DNA of 64,000 nucleotides from positions 416,001 to 480,000 of the forward strand of contig JANRJK010000013.1 of the NCBI GenBank assembly GCA_033764015.1. Direction: 5' to 3'. Each line of letters begins with the position of its first letter. Position 1 is the first letter of the stretch. The DNA comes from Candidatus Sumerlaeia bacterium (GTDB taxonomy: Bacteria; Sumerlaeota; Sumerlaeia; SLMS01; JANRJK01). Position numbers and translations under genes: made by a program. This document shows, piece after piece, positions 19,649 through 29,432 of this stretch. The notes beneath the pieces were generated by a model. That model had not been told where the DNA came from, did no database searches, and was given only the letters and a program-made list of their open reading frames with translations.

Positions 19649-21316
19649 TCAGTACAGGAACCACCCGGAGCCGGAACCGGGCGCCGGACCGTTCGGCAGC
19701 CCCGGCGTGGCATCGCGCGGGATGCCCCAGCCGGCGAAATCGTTCGCGCTGCCGTCGCCGAGGAACCGCGCCAGTGCCTGGTCGGATGGGGCGCTGCCCG
19801 CGCCGAAGGTGGTTTGCTGAGCGGTCCCGAGCGTGATGGTCGCGGATGTCGCGGAGGCGGTGCGGAAGTAGCGCGATGTCTGCGGCGTGGTGGCTGCGTA
19901 GAGGTACGCCTCGACCACGGCATCGCGCCGCGCCGCCAAGTCGGTGCTGTCGACACGCAGCAGCGCCAGCGCCGAATCGTCGAAGTTGGTCAGCGAGAAG
20001 GCGGTGTCCTGCCGGTGGCGCGAGTCCGTGGCGGATTCGATCGGCGCCGCGATCGCTGCGGAAGAAGCGTTCCCGTCGTACAGCACGAACACCCCGTTGG
20101 GCGGCACGATGCCGCGCAGGTCGATCCGGGAGGATTCGTTCTCCGACCCCGGGGCCGAAGTGGGCAGGGCGGAGTTCGAGAGCGCCAGCCAGTAATCGTC
20201 CGGAGCCTCCAGGTTGACCGGGGTGCCGGACAAGTTCACTAGCTCGACGAAGGTGCGGTCGTCGCCTCCGATGTCGTTGAAGCTGAACTCGTTGATGAGG
20301 ACTCTTGGCGGCTCGGTCGCGCCGGGGGCGAAGTCCGCCACGAGTGGCAGGTGGTCCGCCGCGTTGGCGGAGTCGCCCGACTGCAGTCCCGCCGCCGCGA
20401 GCGCGCCCGCGGACATGGTGGCGCTGTTGAGGATGAACACGCTCTCCGCCCGCAGCACCGAGTCGGTGAAGTAGATCCGATCGAGCCGCGAATCGGGGCC
20501 GCTGCTCGGCTGCGTCCAAGAGCGGTTGTTGTTCCAATCGTAGGGCGCGGCGTCGCCGAGGCGCGTGCCGTCCCAGTCCTGCGGACCATCCGCCCCCCAG
20601 GTTGCGTTGTCGAACAGGTCCCCATCGAGCAGCGTGCGCATCGAGAAGTATGGTGCCAAGTCGCCTTGGTCCTCGAAGCCGAGGTTGAAGTCGCCGAGCG
20701 CGACGAGCGGCGTGCCGGCCGGAAGCGTGATCGTCCCTCCCGCGGTCCGCAGGTCGCGCATCCAACTGGCGACCGCATCCGCGTGGACCTGCCGCCGCTG
20801 GTGGTCCGATTCCGTGCCGCCGGACTTGAAGTGCACGTTCATCGCGTAGAGGTTCGCGCCGCCGAACACCGCGTCCGGCAGGTCCACCAGTCCGCACAGG
20901 ACGCCGCGCACCTCCGACGCGGGGCTCGTGTCGGTGCGGGTCAGCGAGAGCGGGAACCGGGTGGCGAGCGCGCATTGGATGAAGCCGTCGCTCTGGCCCA
21001 TGGCGACCGTCCATGTCTGGCCGGGGAAGTAGGATTCGAGGCGCGCCTTGATCGCCGCCGCCCTCGCCGTGTTGTTCGACGCCAGCGTGAGGGGGATTTC
21101 CTGGAAGGCGATCACGTCGGGGCGGAGCGCGAGGAAGATGCGCTGGAAGGCCGGGTCCCGGTCGGGGGTTGCGATGAAGTTGCGCTCCACGTTGTACGAT
21201 ACCACGCGCACATGGGCGGGGTCGGCGCGCTCGAAGTCCCCCGTGCGCGGATCGAAGCCCCACGCGCCGCCGGCGGCCGCCAGCGCGAGCGCCGCGGGGA
21301 GGGCGAGCGATCTCAC
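19649..21316 (-). CDS. Secreted endonuclease/exonuclease/phosphatase (EEP) protein with a lamin-tail-like domain
   Basis: GTG start, signal peptide; SYNVE, FQEI, NVHFK, GDFN, RLDRIY, DHLP; then VLINEF..FVELVN ... TPGLPN; ends GSGWFLY. Confidence 0.85.
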   Translation of the reverse strand: MRSLALPAALALAAAGGAWGFDPRTGDFERADPAHVRVVSYNVERNFIATPDRDPAFQRIFLALRPDVIAFQEIPLTLASNNTARAAAIKARLESYFPGQTWTVAMGQSDGFIQCALATRFPLSLTRTDTSPASEVRGVLCGLVDLPDAVFGGANLYAMNVHFKSGGTESDHQRRQVHADAVASWMRDLRTAGGTITLPAGTPLVALGDFNLGFEDQGDLAPYFSMRTLLDGDLFDNATWGADGPQDWDGTRLGDAAPYDWNNNRSWTQPSSGPDSRLDRIYFTDSVLRAESVFILNSATMSAGALAAAGLQSGDSANAADHLPLVADFAPGATEPPRVLINEFSFNDIGGDDRTFVELVNLSGTPVNLEAPDDYWLALSNSALPTSAPGSENESSRIDLRGIVPPNGVFVLYDGNASSAAIAAPIESATDSRHRQDTAFSLTNFDDSALALLRVDSTDLAARRDAVVEAYLYAATTPQTSRYFRTASATSATITLGTAQQTTFGAGSAPSDQALARFLGDGSANDFAGWGIPRDATPGLPNGPAPGSGSGWFLY

Positions 21317-22584
21317 TTCGGCGCTTCGGGCGCGTCGAGCTGCCCGGGCTTCATGTGCACGGCCCCCGCGTAGAACAGCCCGATCACCGTGATCGGCGCC
21401 CATTGGAAGAAATGGCAGACCATGGTGTAGCCCAGCGCGAGCGCGCGTCCCTCCGGCGTCGCCGGCACCAGGCCGAGCACCAGCATCGAGACGATGCCGC
21501 CGACCTCGTAAAGGCCCCAGAATCCCGGCGCGGAGGGCAAGCTGATGGCGATCGCGGTGATCACGAGGAACGCCACCGCGTGCGCCATCGTCATTTCGAC
21601 TTCGGGGAAGCCCCACGACATGACGAGGAAGCTGAACGCGCCCAGCACCCAGATGCCGAGCGAGTGGAAGCAGGCGAGGGCCACGGCCTTCGGGCTCCGC
21701 AGCGAGGAGAAGCCGTCGGTGAACTTGTGGAAGAGCCCGCTCAGGAAGCCGCGGATCCCGGGCGACAGCAGCGGGGCGCGTTCGATCACGAAAAGGACGA
21801 TCTTCCGCACCGGGGGCGCCAGGCACGACAGCGCTCCCCCCAGCAGCACGCCCACCATCAGGGAGAGCTTGCCCGACATGGCGCGGAAGTTCTCCGCGTT
21901 CAGCTCGTACACCTGGCCGAGCACGATGGTGCGGGTCTGGTCGAAGGGCTGCAGCGCGAAGGTGAGCGCCGCGAGCGCCGCCAGCGATCCGCCAACCAGA
22001 TACGTCGCGCCGGAAAGCTCGGGGCGCGCCTTCCGCTGCCAGTAGCCGACCGCGAGCAGCGCGGCGCCGGGCAGCGCCATGCCGAGCGATAGCAGCGCGT
22101 TCAACTGCCAACCGGTGAACTGGCGCCGGCCGTCCCACACCTCCTGCACGTCCGGGTTGAACGGCAGCACGTACGGCACGACCGCGAAGAGCAGTAGCAG
22201 CGCGAGCGCGTCGAGGATGCGCTCGAGCACCACGGAGGCGAATCCGGCGGGGAAGGGGATATCCTCCGTCTTGGCGAGCGCCAGCGGACGGGCCACCTCG
22301 CCGGCGCGCAGCGGGAAGATCGAGTTAAACGCCATGCCGATCATGAGCGGCCCGAACAGCCGCCGCGGGCCGACGTCCTTGGCGGGGGCCAGCAGCACGC
22401 GCCAACGCACCGCGCGCCACCACATCTGCGCCAGCGTCACCGCCACGAACGGCAGCACCCACACCCAGCGCACCTGCCCGAGCGCGGCGCCCAATTGCGC
22501 CAGGTCGATGGACCGGAACGCGAGGAACAGGAAGAGGCCGCTGATGGCGAAGCCGACCGAGGCCTGTAGCAATTTCTTGGACAT
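21313..22584 (-). CDS. Lysylphosphatidylglycerol-synthase-TM (flippase-like) membrane protein
   Basis: RAVRWR.LL, NSIFPLRAGE..R, ER.LD, PSAPG..G.YE; many TM segments. Confidence 0.85.
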   Translation of the reverse strand: MSKKLLQASVGFAISGLFLFLAFRSIDLAQLGAALGQVRWVWVLPFVAVTLAQMWWRAVRWRVLLAPAKDVGPRRLFGPLMIGMAFNSIFPLRAGEVARPLALAKTEDIPFPAGFASVVLERILDALALLLLFAVVPYVLPFNPDVQEVWDGRRQFTGWQLNALLSLGMALPGAALLAVGYWQRKARPELSGATYLVGGSLAALAALTFALQPFDQTRTIVLGQVYELNAENFRAMSGKLSLMVGVLLGGALSCLAPPVRKIVLFVIERAPLLSPGIRGFLSGLFHKFTDGFSSLRSPKAVALACFHSLGIWVLGAFSFLVMSWGFPEVEMTMAHAVAFLVITAIAISLPSAPGFWGLYEVGGIVSMLVLGLVPATPEGRALALGYTMVCHFFQWAPITVIGLFYAGAVHMKPGQLDAPEAPK

Positions 22585-23426
22585 CAACCGGCCACCGCCT
22601 CGAACCGCATCGCTTCCGGGTGGAAGATCCGCAGGTAGATCGCCAGCGGGATCGCCGTGTAGAGCACCGCGTCGAGCATGTCGAGGAAGCCGCCGTGGCC
22701 GCCGAGGCTCGGCCCGCTGTCCTTCACCCCGGCATCGCGCTTCACCATCGACTCGACCAGGTCGCCCACCTGCGTCGTGGTGCAAAAGAAGAGCGCGAAG
22801 GCGATGACCTCGAACCAGGTGACGTCCATCCAGTGCTTCTGGAACACCATCTTCGCGACGATCACTCCGACCAGCGCTCCGGCGTAGCCACCGATGGAGC
22901 CCTCGATCGTCTTCCCCGGGCTCACGCGCGGGATCAGCTTGTGGCGGCCCAGCGCCTTGCCGACGAAGAGCGCGGTGCTGTCGGTCAGGAAGACGACCAC
23001 CAGCGCCAGCACGATCCAGCGCACCGCGAGGTCCGCCGGGTGCATGAAGAGCGCGGCCCAGATGGCGCTCGGCAGGCCGATGTAGACGACGACCCCGATC
23101 GTGGCGGCGACGTCGCGGAACGCACCGCCGACGTCGGCGCCGCGGAGCCGCAGCGCGAACGCCATGCTCGCGATGGCGCCGAGGATGAGCACCGAGAACT
23201 CGAGGTGGAAGAACGCCCCTTCGAGCACCAGGGCGGCCACGCCGCCAAGGGCCACCCGCTTGCGGATGCCGACGCCCTGGCCGCGGAACATGTGGCGGAC
23301 TTCCTGCACGCACGCCACCGCGGTGGCGGCGATGAACGCCACGATCATCCAGCGCATTCCGGGTAGAAGGATGCTGGCGATCAGCAGCGATAGGAAGAGG
23401 GCGGCGACGGCGATGCGTCCCATCAT
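22584..23426 (-). CDS. cdsA: Phosphatidate cytidylyltransferase
   Basis: SPGKTIEG, GDLVES.VKRDAGVKDSG..LGGHGGFLD.LD. Confidence 0.93.
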   Translation of the reverse strand: MMGRIAVAALFLSLLIASILLPGMRWMIVAFIAATAVACVQEVRHMFRGQGVGIRKRVALGGVAALVLEGAFFHLEFSVLILGAIASMAFALRLRGADVGGAFRDVAATIGVVVYIGLPSAIWAALFMHPADLAVRWIVLALVVVFLTDSTALFVGKALGRHKLIPRVSPGKTIEGSIGGYAGALVGVIVAKMVFQKHWMDVTWFEVIAFALFFCTTTQVGDLVESMVKRDAGVKDSGPSLGGHGGFLDMLDAVLYTAIPLAIYLRIFHPEAMRFEAVAG

Positions 23427-23496
23427 GGCGCGTTCACGCTCCGGCGCTCCATCGGGGCGGCAGCGGCGCCTCGGGGAAAGCGCAATCGAGGGCCGC

Positions 23497-25776
23497 TCAA
23501 GGATCGAGGAGCCCGGCGGCGAGCGCGAGTTGCAGGAACTCGCCGTCTTGCCATCCCGCGTCGATCAGCCGCCGCGCGGGGAGTTCCGCGGTGTCGCGCT
23601 GGCGCAGCCGCAGCAGGGCCACCGCGTAGGGGCCGAGCGCGTCGCCCGGGGCGGCGTCAGCCGCGGCCGCCTCCGCCGGCGCCTTGAGCTGCGCCGCGGC
23701 GAGCTGCCATGCGGCGTGCGCCTCCTCCGGGCGCTCCAGCCGCCACAGGTTGCGCCCCCGCGAAAGGTTCAGCCTTCCGGCCCAGGCGCGCACCTCGCGC
23801 GTCCGCGCCTCGTCCTCCTGCGCCCCCACGGGAGCCAGGAGCTCCGCGGGCACGCGCGCCAGCGCGGAGTCCAGCTCCGCGACCGCCTCCTCGTAGAGCG
23901 CCTGCCGCTCGAGCGCGGAGGCGAGGCTCTCGCTTGAGCGCGCGAAGTCGCGCCAGGTCTCGATGCTCAGCGGGTTGGTCGCGTAGAGGCGCGTGGCGGT
24001 CGCGTGCGCGAGGCGGTACGCGGAAATGGCGTCCTCCAGGCGGCCCCGGGAGCGGAACACGTCGCCGACGGCGCGCAGACCCCCGGCCCGCTGGCGGAGC
24101 GCGGCGACCCCGCTCCCGGTGTCGCGCGAGTCCATCATGTACTTGAGCGCACGGTCCGCGCCCTCCTCGAGCAGGTCCAGGCGGCCGATGCCGTCCAGGG
24201 TGCGCGCGAGGTCGAAGAGCACGTAGTTCGAGAGCGCGTCGGCGCGGTCGCGCTGTTCGAAGGCCTGCTCCAGCGCGGCGTCCGCCTCGTAGGCGCGCCT
24301 TCCCGCCATGATCGCGAGCACGAGCACCGCGACGATCAGCGAAACGGAGGCGACCGTCAGCACGCGGCGCTGGCGGCCGGAGCGGTCGAGCTGCGCCTCC
24401 AGCCCGTTCGCCCGGGCGTTCAGCTCCTCGCGCAGCGAGTGGTTCTCGAGGCGCCCCGCCATGGTGCGAGCGAGGATCAGGTCGCGGTTCGCGAGCGCCG
24501 CCTCCGCGAACCGCACCAGCACCGCCGCGTGGAGCCGGGCGGCGGCGCGGTTGCCCGGCCAAAGCCCGCGCGCCCGCACGAGGAGCGTGTCCATCTCCGC
24601 GAGCCCCGAGTAGCCGGGCTCCCCCTCGTCCGACATCTCCTGCGCGCGCTCCGTGAGCTGCTCCGACTCGCGGCGCCGGCCCTCGCCCTTGAGGTAGGAG
24701 TTCACGCGCTCGATGAACTCCGCCGCGGAGCGCACCCTCGTCCTGGGGTCCGGATTCATCGCCTGCAGCGCGAGCTGCGACAGCTCCGAGGGGATCTCGC
24801 GGTCCGTCGCGCGCTCCTCCGGGGGGATCACCTGCCCCGACATCGCCTTCAGGAACGACTCCTGGGCGGTGGTGCCTTCGTGCGGGGTGTACCCCGTCAG
24901 CAGGTAGTAGAGGGTTCCGCCGAGCAGGTAGACGTCGGTGTGCGGGCCGATCCGGGCGCAGGTCTTTTCGGTCTGCTCCGGGGCCATGAAGGCCGCCGTG
25001 CCGCTCGGGTTCGCCGCCGTCTCCAGCGTCGGGGCGAGGCCGGACTCCAGCAGGTCGCCCCCTTCCTTCGCCGCCTTCTTGGCGTCGTAGACGACGGCGA
25101 GGCCCCAGTCCATCAGCAGCACTTCGCCGAACTCTCCGACCATCACCTGCGACGGCTTCAGGTCCCGGTGCACGATGCCGCGGCTATGCGCGAACGCGAC
25201 GCCTTGCGCCATGCCCACGAGGATCGGGAGGTGCTTCAGGAGGAACTCCTCCACGCTCAGCGAAACGAAGTCCTCGTAGATGCTCTGCTCCCAGACGCGC
25301 CCGTGCACCAGCTTCATCGCGAGCTGCGGGAGGCCCTTCGGATCGTTGCCGAGATCGTGGATCGGGAGGATGTTGGGGTGGTCGAGGATCGCCGCGGTGA
25401 GCGCCTCCTGCCGGAAGGTGCGCTCCAAATGGACGCGGGTGGAGGCGGGCACCCTTTCCGGGTCCAGCAGGTCGGCGCGGAGCCGCTTCACGGCGATGGT
25501 CCGCCCGAGGGAGCGCTGCGTCGCCGTCCAGATCTCGCCGAAGCCCCCCTTCGCGAGGAGCACCTTCAGGCGGAAGGGGTTCTCGCGGCGGTGCGGCAGC
25601 CCGTCCTCGACGGCGGAGGCGAAGTCGAAGTCCTCCGCCTCGTCCACCTCGAAGCCGAGCTGGGCGGGCGTCGGCAGGGGGAGTGTCTTCGCCGGGTTGA
25701 ACGACGCGCGCGGATCGTCCGGCAGCTCCGGGAGCTGCGGCGTGTCCAGGTCGTCGTCCAAGCGCCGTGTGTCCAT
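23497..25776 (-). CDS. Membrane Hanks-type Ser/Thr protein kinase with C-terminal TPR-like helices
   Basis: KGGFGEIW, AVKRL, HRDLKPSQ, DWG, MAPEQ, DVYLLG; one TM segment. Confidence 0.9.
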   Translation of the reverse strand: MDTRRLDDDLDTPQLPELPDDPRASFNPAKTLPLPTPAQLGFEVDEAEDFDFASAVEDGLPHRRENPFRLKVLLAKGGFGEIWTATQRSLGRTIAVKRLRADLLDPERVPASTRVHLERTFRQEALTAAILDHPNILPIHDLGNDPKGLPQLAMKLVHGRVWEQSIYEDFVSLSVEEFLLKHLPILVGMAQGVAFAHSRGIVHRDLKPSQVMVGEFGEVLLMDWGLAVVYDAKKAAKEGGDLLESGLAPTLETAANPSGTAAFMAPEQTEKTCARIGPHTDVYLLGGTLYYLLTGYTPHEGTTAQESFLKAMSGQVIPPEERATDREIPSELSQLALQAMNPDPRTRVRSAAEFIERVNSYLKGEGRRRESEQLTERAQEMSDEGEPGYSGLAEMDTLLVRARGLWPGNRAAARLHAAVLVRFAEAALANRDLILARTMAGRLENHSLREELNARANGLEAQLDRSGRQRRVLTVASVSLIVAVLVLAIMAGRRAYEADAALEQAFEQRDRADALSNYVLFDLARTLDGIGRLDLLEEGADRALKYMMDSRDTGSGVAALRQRAGGLRAVGDVFRSRGRLEDAISAYRLAHATATRLYATNPLSIETWRDFARSSESLASALERQALYEEAVAELDSALARVPAELLAPVGAQEDEARTREVRAWAGRLNLSRGRNLWRLERPEEAHAAWQLAAAQLKAPAEAAAADAAPGDALGPYAVALLRLRQRDTAELPARRLIDAGWQDGEFLQLALAAGLLDP

Positions 25777-25811
25777 TGGGCCCGCCGCAGCGAATTCGGA
25801 AGGCGATGCCC

Positions 25812-26552
25812 CTAGGACATCGCCTCCATCACCTCGTCCGTCGCTTCGAGGTTGTGGGCGACCTCCGTGACGTCGTCGTTGTCGTCGAGCATGGCGAGGA
25901 GCTTCGCGCACTGCGTGGCGTCCTTGCCTTCCAGGCGCACGTAGTTCGCCGGGATGTAGCGGGCGGCGCTGTTGGTGGCGCGGAAGCCCTGGGCCTCCAG
26001 CTTCTCGCGGATGTCCTGAACGGTCTCCGGCGGGGTCTTCACGATGAAGGTGCCTTCGTCGCTCTCGACATCGTCCGCGCCGGCTTCGAGCGCGGCCTCG
26101 AGCAGCTTCTCCTCCTCAGCGTTCTCGATCACGATCTCGCCGACGCGCGCGAAGAGGTAGGAGACGCAGCCGTCGGTCCCCATGTTGCCGCCGTTCTTCG
26201 AGAAGATGTGGCGGATCTCGCCGGCGGTGCGGTTGCGGTTGTCCGTGGTGAGCTTGATCATCACCGCGACGCCGCCGGGCCCGTAGCCCTCGTAGGAGAG
26301 GTCCTCGTAGGAGTCGCCGCCGAGTTCGCCCGCGCCCTTCTTGATGGCGCGCTCCATCGTGTCCTTCGGCATGTTGGAGTCCTTGGCGGCCTGGATCGCG
26401 GTGCGCAGCCGCGGGTTCGCCGACGGATCGCTGCCGCCGAGGCGGGCCGCGATCTGGATCTCCTTGATCACCTTCGTGAACATCTTGCCGCGCTTCGCGT
26501 CGATCAGCGCCTTCTTGTGCTTGATGGAATGCCATTTGGAATGGCCGGACAT
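25812..26552 (-). CDS. yebC: YebC/PmpR family protein
   Basis: MSGHSKW, YEGYGPGG, TDNRNRT. Confidence 0.95.
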   Translation of the reverse strand: MSGHSKWHSIKHKKALIDAKRGKMFTKVIKEIQIAARLGGSDPSANPRLRTAIQAAKDSNMPKDTMERAIKKGAGELGGDSYEDLSYEGYGPGGVAVMIKLTTDNRNRTAGEIRHIFSKNGGNMGTDGCVSYLFARVGEIVIENAEEEKLLEAALEAGADDVESDEGTFIVKTPPETVQDIREKLEAQGFRATNSAARYIPANYVRLEGKDATQCAKLLAMLDDNDDVTEVAHNLEATDEVMEAMS

Positions 26553-26756
26553 GGAAAGGGAACCCCGAAGCCGCCGCCCGCGGAGGCCGCCCCGTGCGGG
26601 GGCCTTCCGTGCACCGGGCGTTCCGGCGTGAAGGGTCGAAGTCACCACGCATCGACGCCGGGACGCTAGCGGAGAAGCCCGCCTCGCGAACCCCCTCGCG
26701 TCCACGACCCCGCTGTGCTTTCCTGACCTTGGCCGCGAGCCGCCCGGAGGAGTCCG

Positions 26757-29423
26757 ATGGACGCATGGGAGCAGAGGTTCAGCGCACTCGAGGCGCGCGT
26801 CGCCGCCCTCGAGCATTCAGGGGCGCCCGGTGGCGCCGCACCGGACGAGGACGCCCTCGGCACGCTCCTGCGCGCCACATCCTCGGCGATCCAGCACCTG
26901 CTGTCCAACCCGCTCGACGAACCCGTCGACGATGTTGTGCCCGACGCCTTGTGCCTCGTCGGAAGCGCGACCGGCGCGGGCCGGGTCTGCCTCTTCGAGT
27001 GCAGCCTCGATCTCGACTCCGGCGACGTGCTGGTCTGCGAGCGCTTCCATTGGTGCGCCCAGTCCACCCCGGACCGTCCCACCGAGTGCGCCGTCCCGAC
27101 GCCGCTCGCGAAGGCCCACCCCCGCTGGCACGCCGAGCTGCTGCGCGGCGAGGTGGTCCAGCGCCGCGCCTCCAAGGCCGCGGAGGACGATCGCGCCTTC
27201 CTCGCCGCGCAGGGATGCCGGTCGGTGCTGCTCGCCCCGGTCATGCTGAACGGCTATCTCTGGGGACTGCTGGGCCTGGGCGACTCCGGGCGCGACCGCG
27301 ACTGGAGCCCCGAGGAGGTGGCGCTGCTCTCCTCCTTCGCCGGCAGCCTCGGCAGCGTCCTCGTCCGCGACCGCATGCGCGCGGAGCTGAAGCGCGCCAA
27401 CCTGGCTCTGGAGGCCGCCCGCGCCGAGGCGGAGCGCTTCGCCGCGGAGGCCCGCGACGCCACCGACGCCAAGTCGCGCTTCCTCGCCAACATGAGCCAC
27501 GAGATCCGCACGCCGCTGAACGGCGTCATCGGAATGACCGAGCTGCTGCTCGACGGCGACCTGTCCCCCCGCGAGCGCGAGTTCGCGTCAACCGCGCGGT
27601 CCTGCGGCGAAACGCTTCTGCACCTGGTCAACGACATCCTCGACCTCTCGAAGCTCGAGGCGGGCGCCGTCGACCTCGAGGAGACCGAGTTCCACCTCCG
27701 CATCTGCCTCGAGGAGGTCGCCGACATCGTCTCCACGCAGGCGCGCGGCAAGGGCCTGGACCTCGTTGTGTCGATCTCCCCCGACGTGCCGGAGCGCGTC
27801 GTCGGGGACCGCGGGCGGCTCCAACAGATCCTCATGAACCTCGCCTCGAACGCGGTGAAGTTCACCCACGACGGCTCGGTGGTCCTCTCGGCGGAGCTCT
27901 CCGCCCTCGCCGGTCGGGAGGCCACCATCGAGTTCGCCGTCAGGGACACCGGTATCGGCATCCCCGCCGACGCCGTGGGACGCCTGTTCCAGCCCTTCGA
28001 GCAGCTGGACGCCTCCGTCAGCCGCAAGTACGGCGGCACCGGGCTGGGGCTCGCCATCTGCCGCATGACCGCCGAGGCGCTCGGCACCCGCATCGAGGTC
28101 CTCAGTGAGCCCGGCCACGGCTCGCGCTTCTCCTTCCGCCTCGCGCTGCCGGTCCTGTCGGAGCCCGACGCGACGATGACACGCATCCGGTCGACACGGC
28201 TGCGCGGCCTTCGCGTCCTCGTCGCCGACCCCACGGACATCACCCGCTCGATCCTCGCGCAGCACCTCCGAGTGTGGGGGTGCGTGGTGGAGGAGCGCGC
28301 CTCGCTGGAACCGTTCGCCGCGCCCTCGGAGCCGTTCACCGCCGCCTTCCTCGACGAGGATTCGCCGGGGCTGCTCGATGCGCTGCGGGCGAACCAGCAG
28401 TCCCTCGGGGCCGCGGTGCTGGTCACCGCCTCCGCCTCCCGCCGCGACGCGACGCCCTTCCTCGAGGCGGGGTGCCGCGCGTACCTCACCAAGCCGATCC
28501 GCCGCGCGATGCTGCAGGATGTGCTGACGGAGATCGCCTCGCCGGACGCCACGCGCCCCGGGCGCGCGAAGCCGACGCTCGACGTGGCCGCGATGCGCGA
28601 GTCCATCGCCGCCAGCGCGCGCATCCTCCTCGCCGAGGACGACCCGGTGAACCAGCGCGTGGCGTCGCTGCTGCTCGCGCGCGGCGGCTTCAACTGCGAT
28701 ATCGCCTGCGACGGTCTCGAAGCGGTCGAGGCCGCGCGGCGGGTCGACTACGACGTCATCCTCATGGACTGCCAGATGCCGGGCATGGACGGCTTCGCCG
28801 CCACCGCGAAGATCCGCCGCCACGAGGAGTCGCGGGGGCGCCGCGCGAACATCGTCGCCATGACGGCGAACGCGCTGCAGGGGGACCGGGAGCGCTGCAT
28901 CGCCGCCGGCATGGACGACTATGTCAGCAAGCCGGTGCAGCCGAAGATCCTCTTCGAGACCATCCGGGCGCAGCTCGCCGCCCGCGAGGCCTCCCGAGCC
29001 GCGGCGGCCCAGACCCGCGTCCCGGCGCAAGTGGCCGCGGGGCGCGCCGAGTCCGTGGACGAGCGCCTTTTCGACCCGCGGCCGCTCCGAGAACTGGCGG
29101 AGCTTGCCGGAGGCGCCGACGAGGATCTGGTCCGCGACCTGGTGCGCACCTTCATCGAGGAGTTCGACGAGGTCGTGGAGGACCTCCACGAGGCGGACGC
29201 GGCGGGGGACTTGGAGACCTGCCGGTCGGTCGCGCACACATGGGAGAGCCGGGCGGGGAGCATCGGCGCCCGGCGCGTCCAGCAGCTCTGCTCCAACGTC
29301 CAAAGGACGGTGCGGGCGGGATCGGGCGAGCCCCTCGCCCCGGTGATCGAAGAACTCGGCGCCGCCTACCGCGAGACGTGCATCGCGCTCTTCAAGCACC
29401 ACCCCGAGGCGATGGCCCGCTGA
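26757..29423 (+). CDS. Cytoplasmic hybrid sensor kinase GAF-HisKA-HATPase-REC(degenerate)-REC-Hpt
   Basis: [46 protein letters not shown]; Hpt-like [13 protein letters not shown]. Confidence 0.92.
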   Translation: MDAWEQRFSALEARVAALEHSGAPGGAAPDEDALGTLLRATSSAIQHLLSNPLDEPVDDVVPDALCLVGSATGAGRVCLFECSLDLDSGDVLVCERFHWCAQSTPDRPTECAVPTPLAKAHPRWHAELLRGEVVQRRASKAAEDDRAFLAAQGCRSVLLAPVMLNGYLWGLLGLGDSGRDRDWSPEEVALLSSFAGSLGSVLVRDRMRAELKRANLALEAARAEAERFAAEARDATDAKSRFLANMSHEIRTPLNGVIGMTELLLDGDLSPREREFASTARSCGETLLHLVNDILDLSKLEAGAVDLEETEFHLRICLEEVADIVSTQARGKGLDLVVSISPDVPERVVGDRGRLQQILMNLASNAVKFTHDGSVVLSAELSALAGREATIEFAVRDTGIGIPADAVGRLFQPFEQLDASVSRKYGGTGLGLAICRMTAEALGTRIEVLSEPGHGSRFSFRLALPVLSEPDATMTRIRSTRLRGLRVLVADPTDITRSILAQHLRVWGCVVEERASLEPFAAPSEPFTAAFLDEDSPGLLDALRANQQSLGAAVLVTASASRRDATPFLEAGCRAYLTKPIRRAMLQDVLTEIASPDATRPGRAKPTLDVAAMRESIAASARILLAEDDPVNQRVASLLLARGGFNCDIACDGLEAVEAARRVDYDVILMDCQMPGMDGFAATAKIRRHEESRGRRANIVAMTANALQGDRERCIAAGMDDYVSKPVQPKILFETIRAQLAAREASRAAAAQTRVPAQVAAGRAESVDERLFDPRPLRELAELAGGADEDLVRDLVRTFIEEFDEVVEDLHEADAAGDLETCRSVAHTWESRAGSIGARRVQQLCSNVQRTVRAGSGEPLAPVIEELGAAYRETCIALFKHHPEAMAR

Positions 29424-29432
29424 CGCGGCCGC

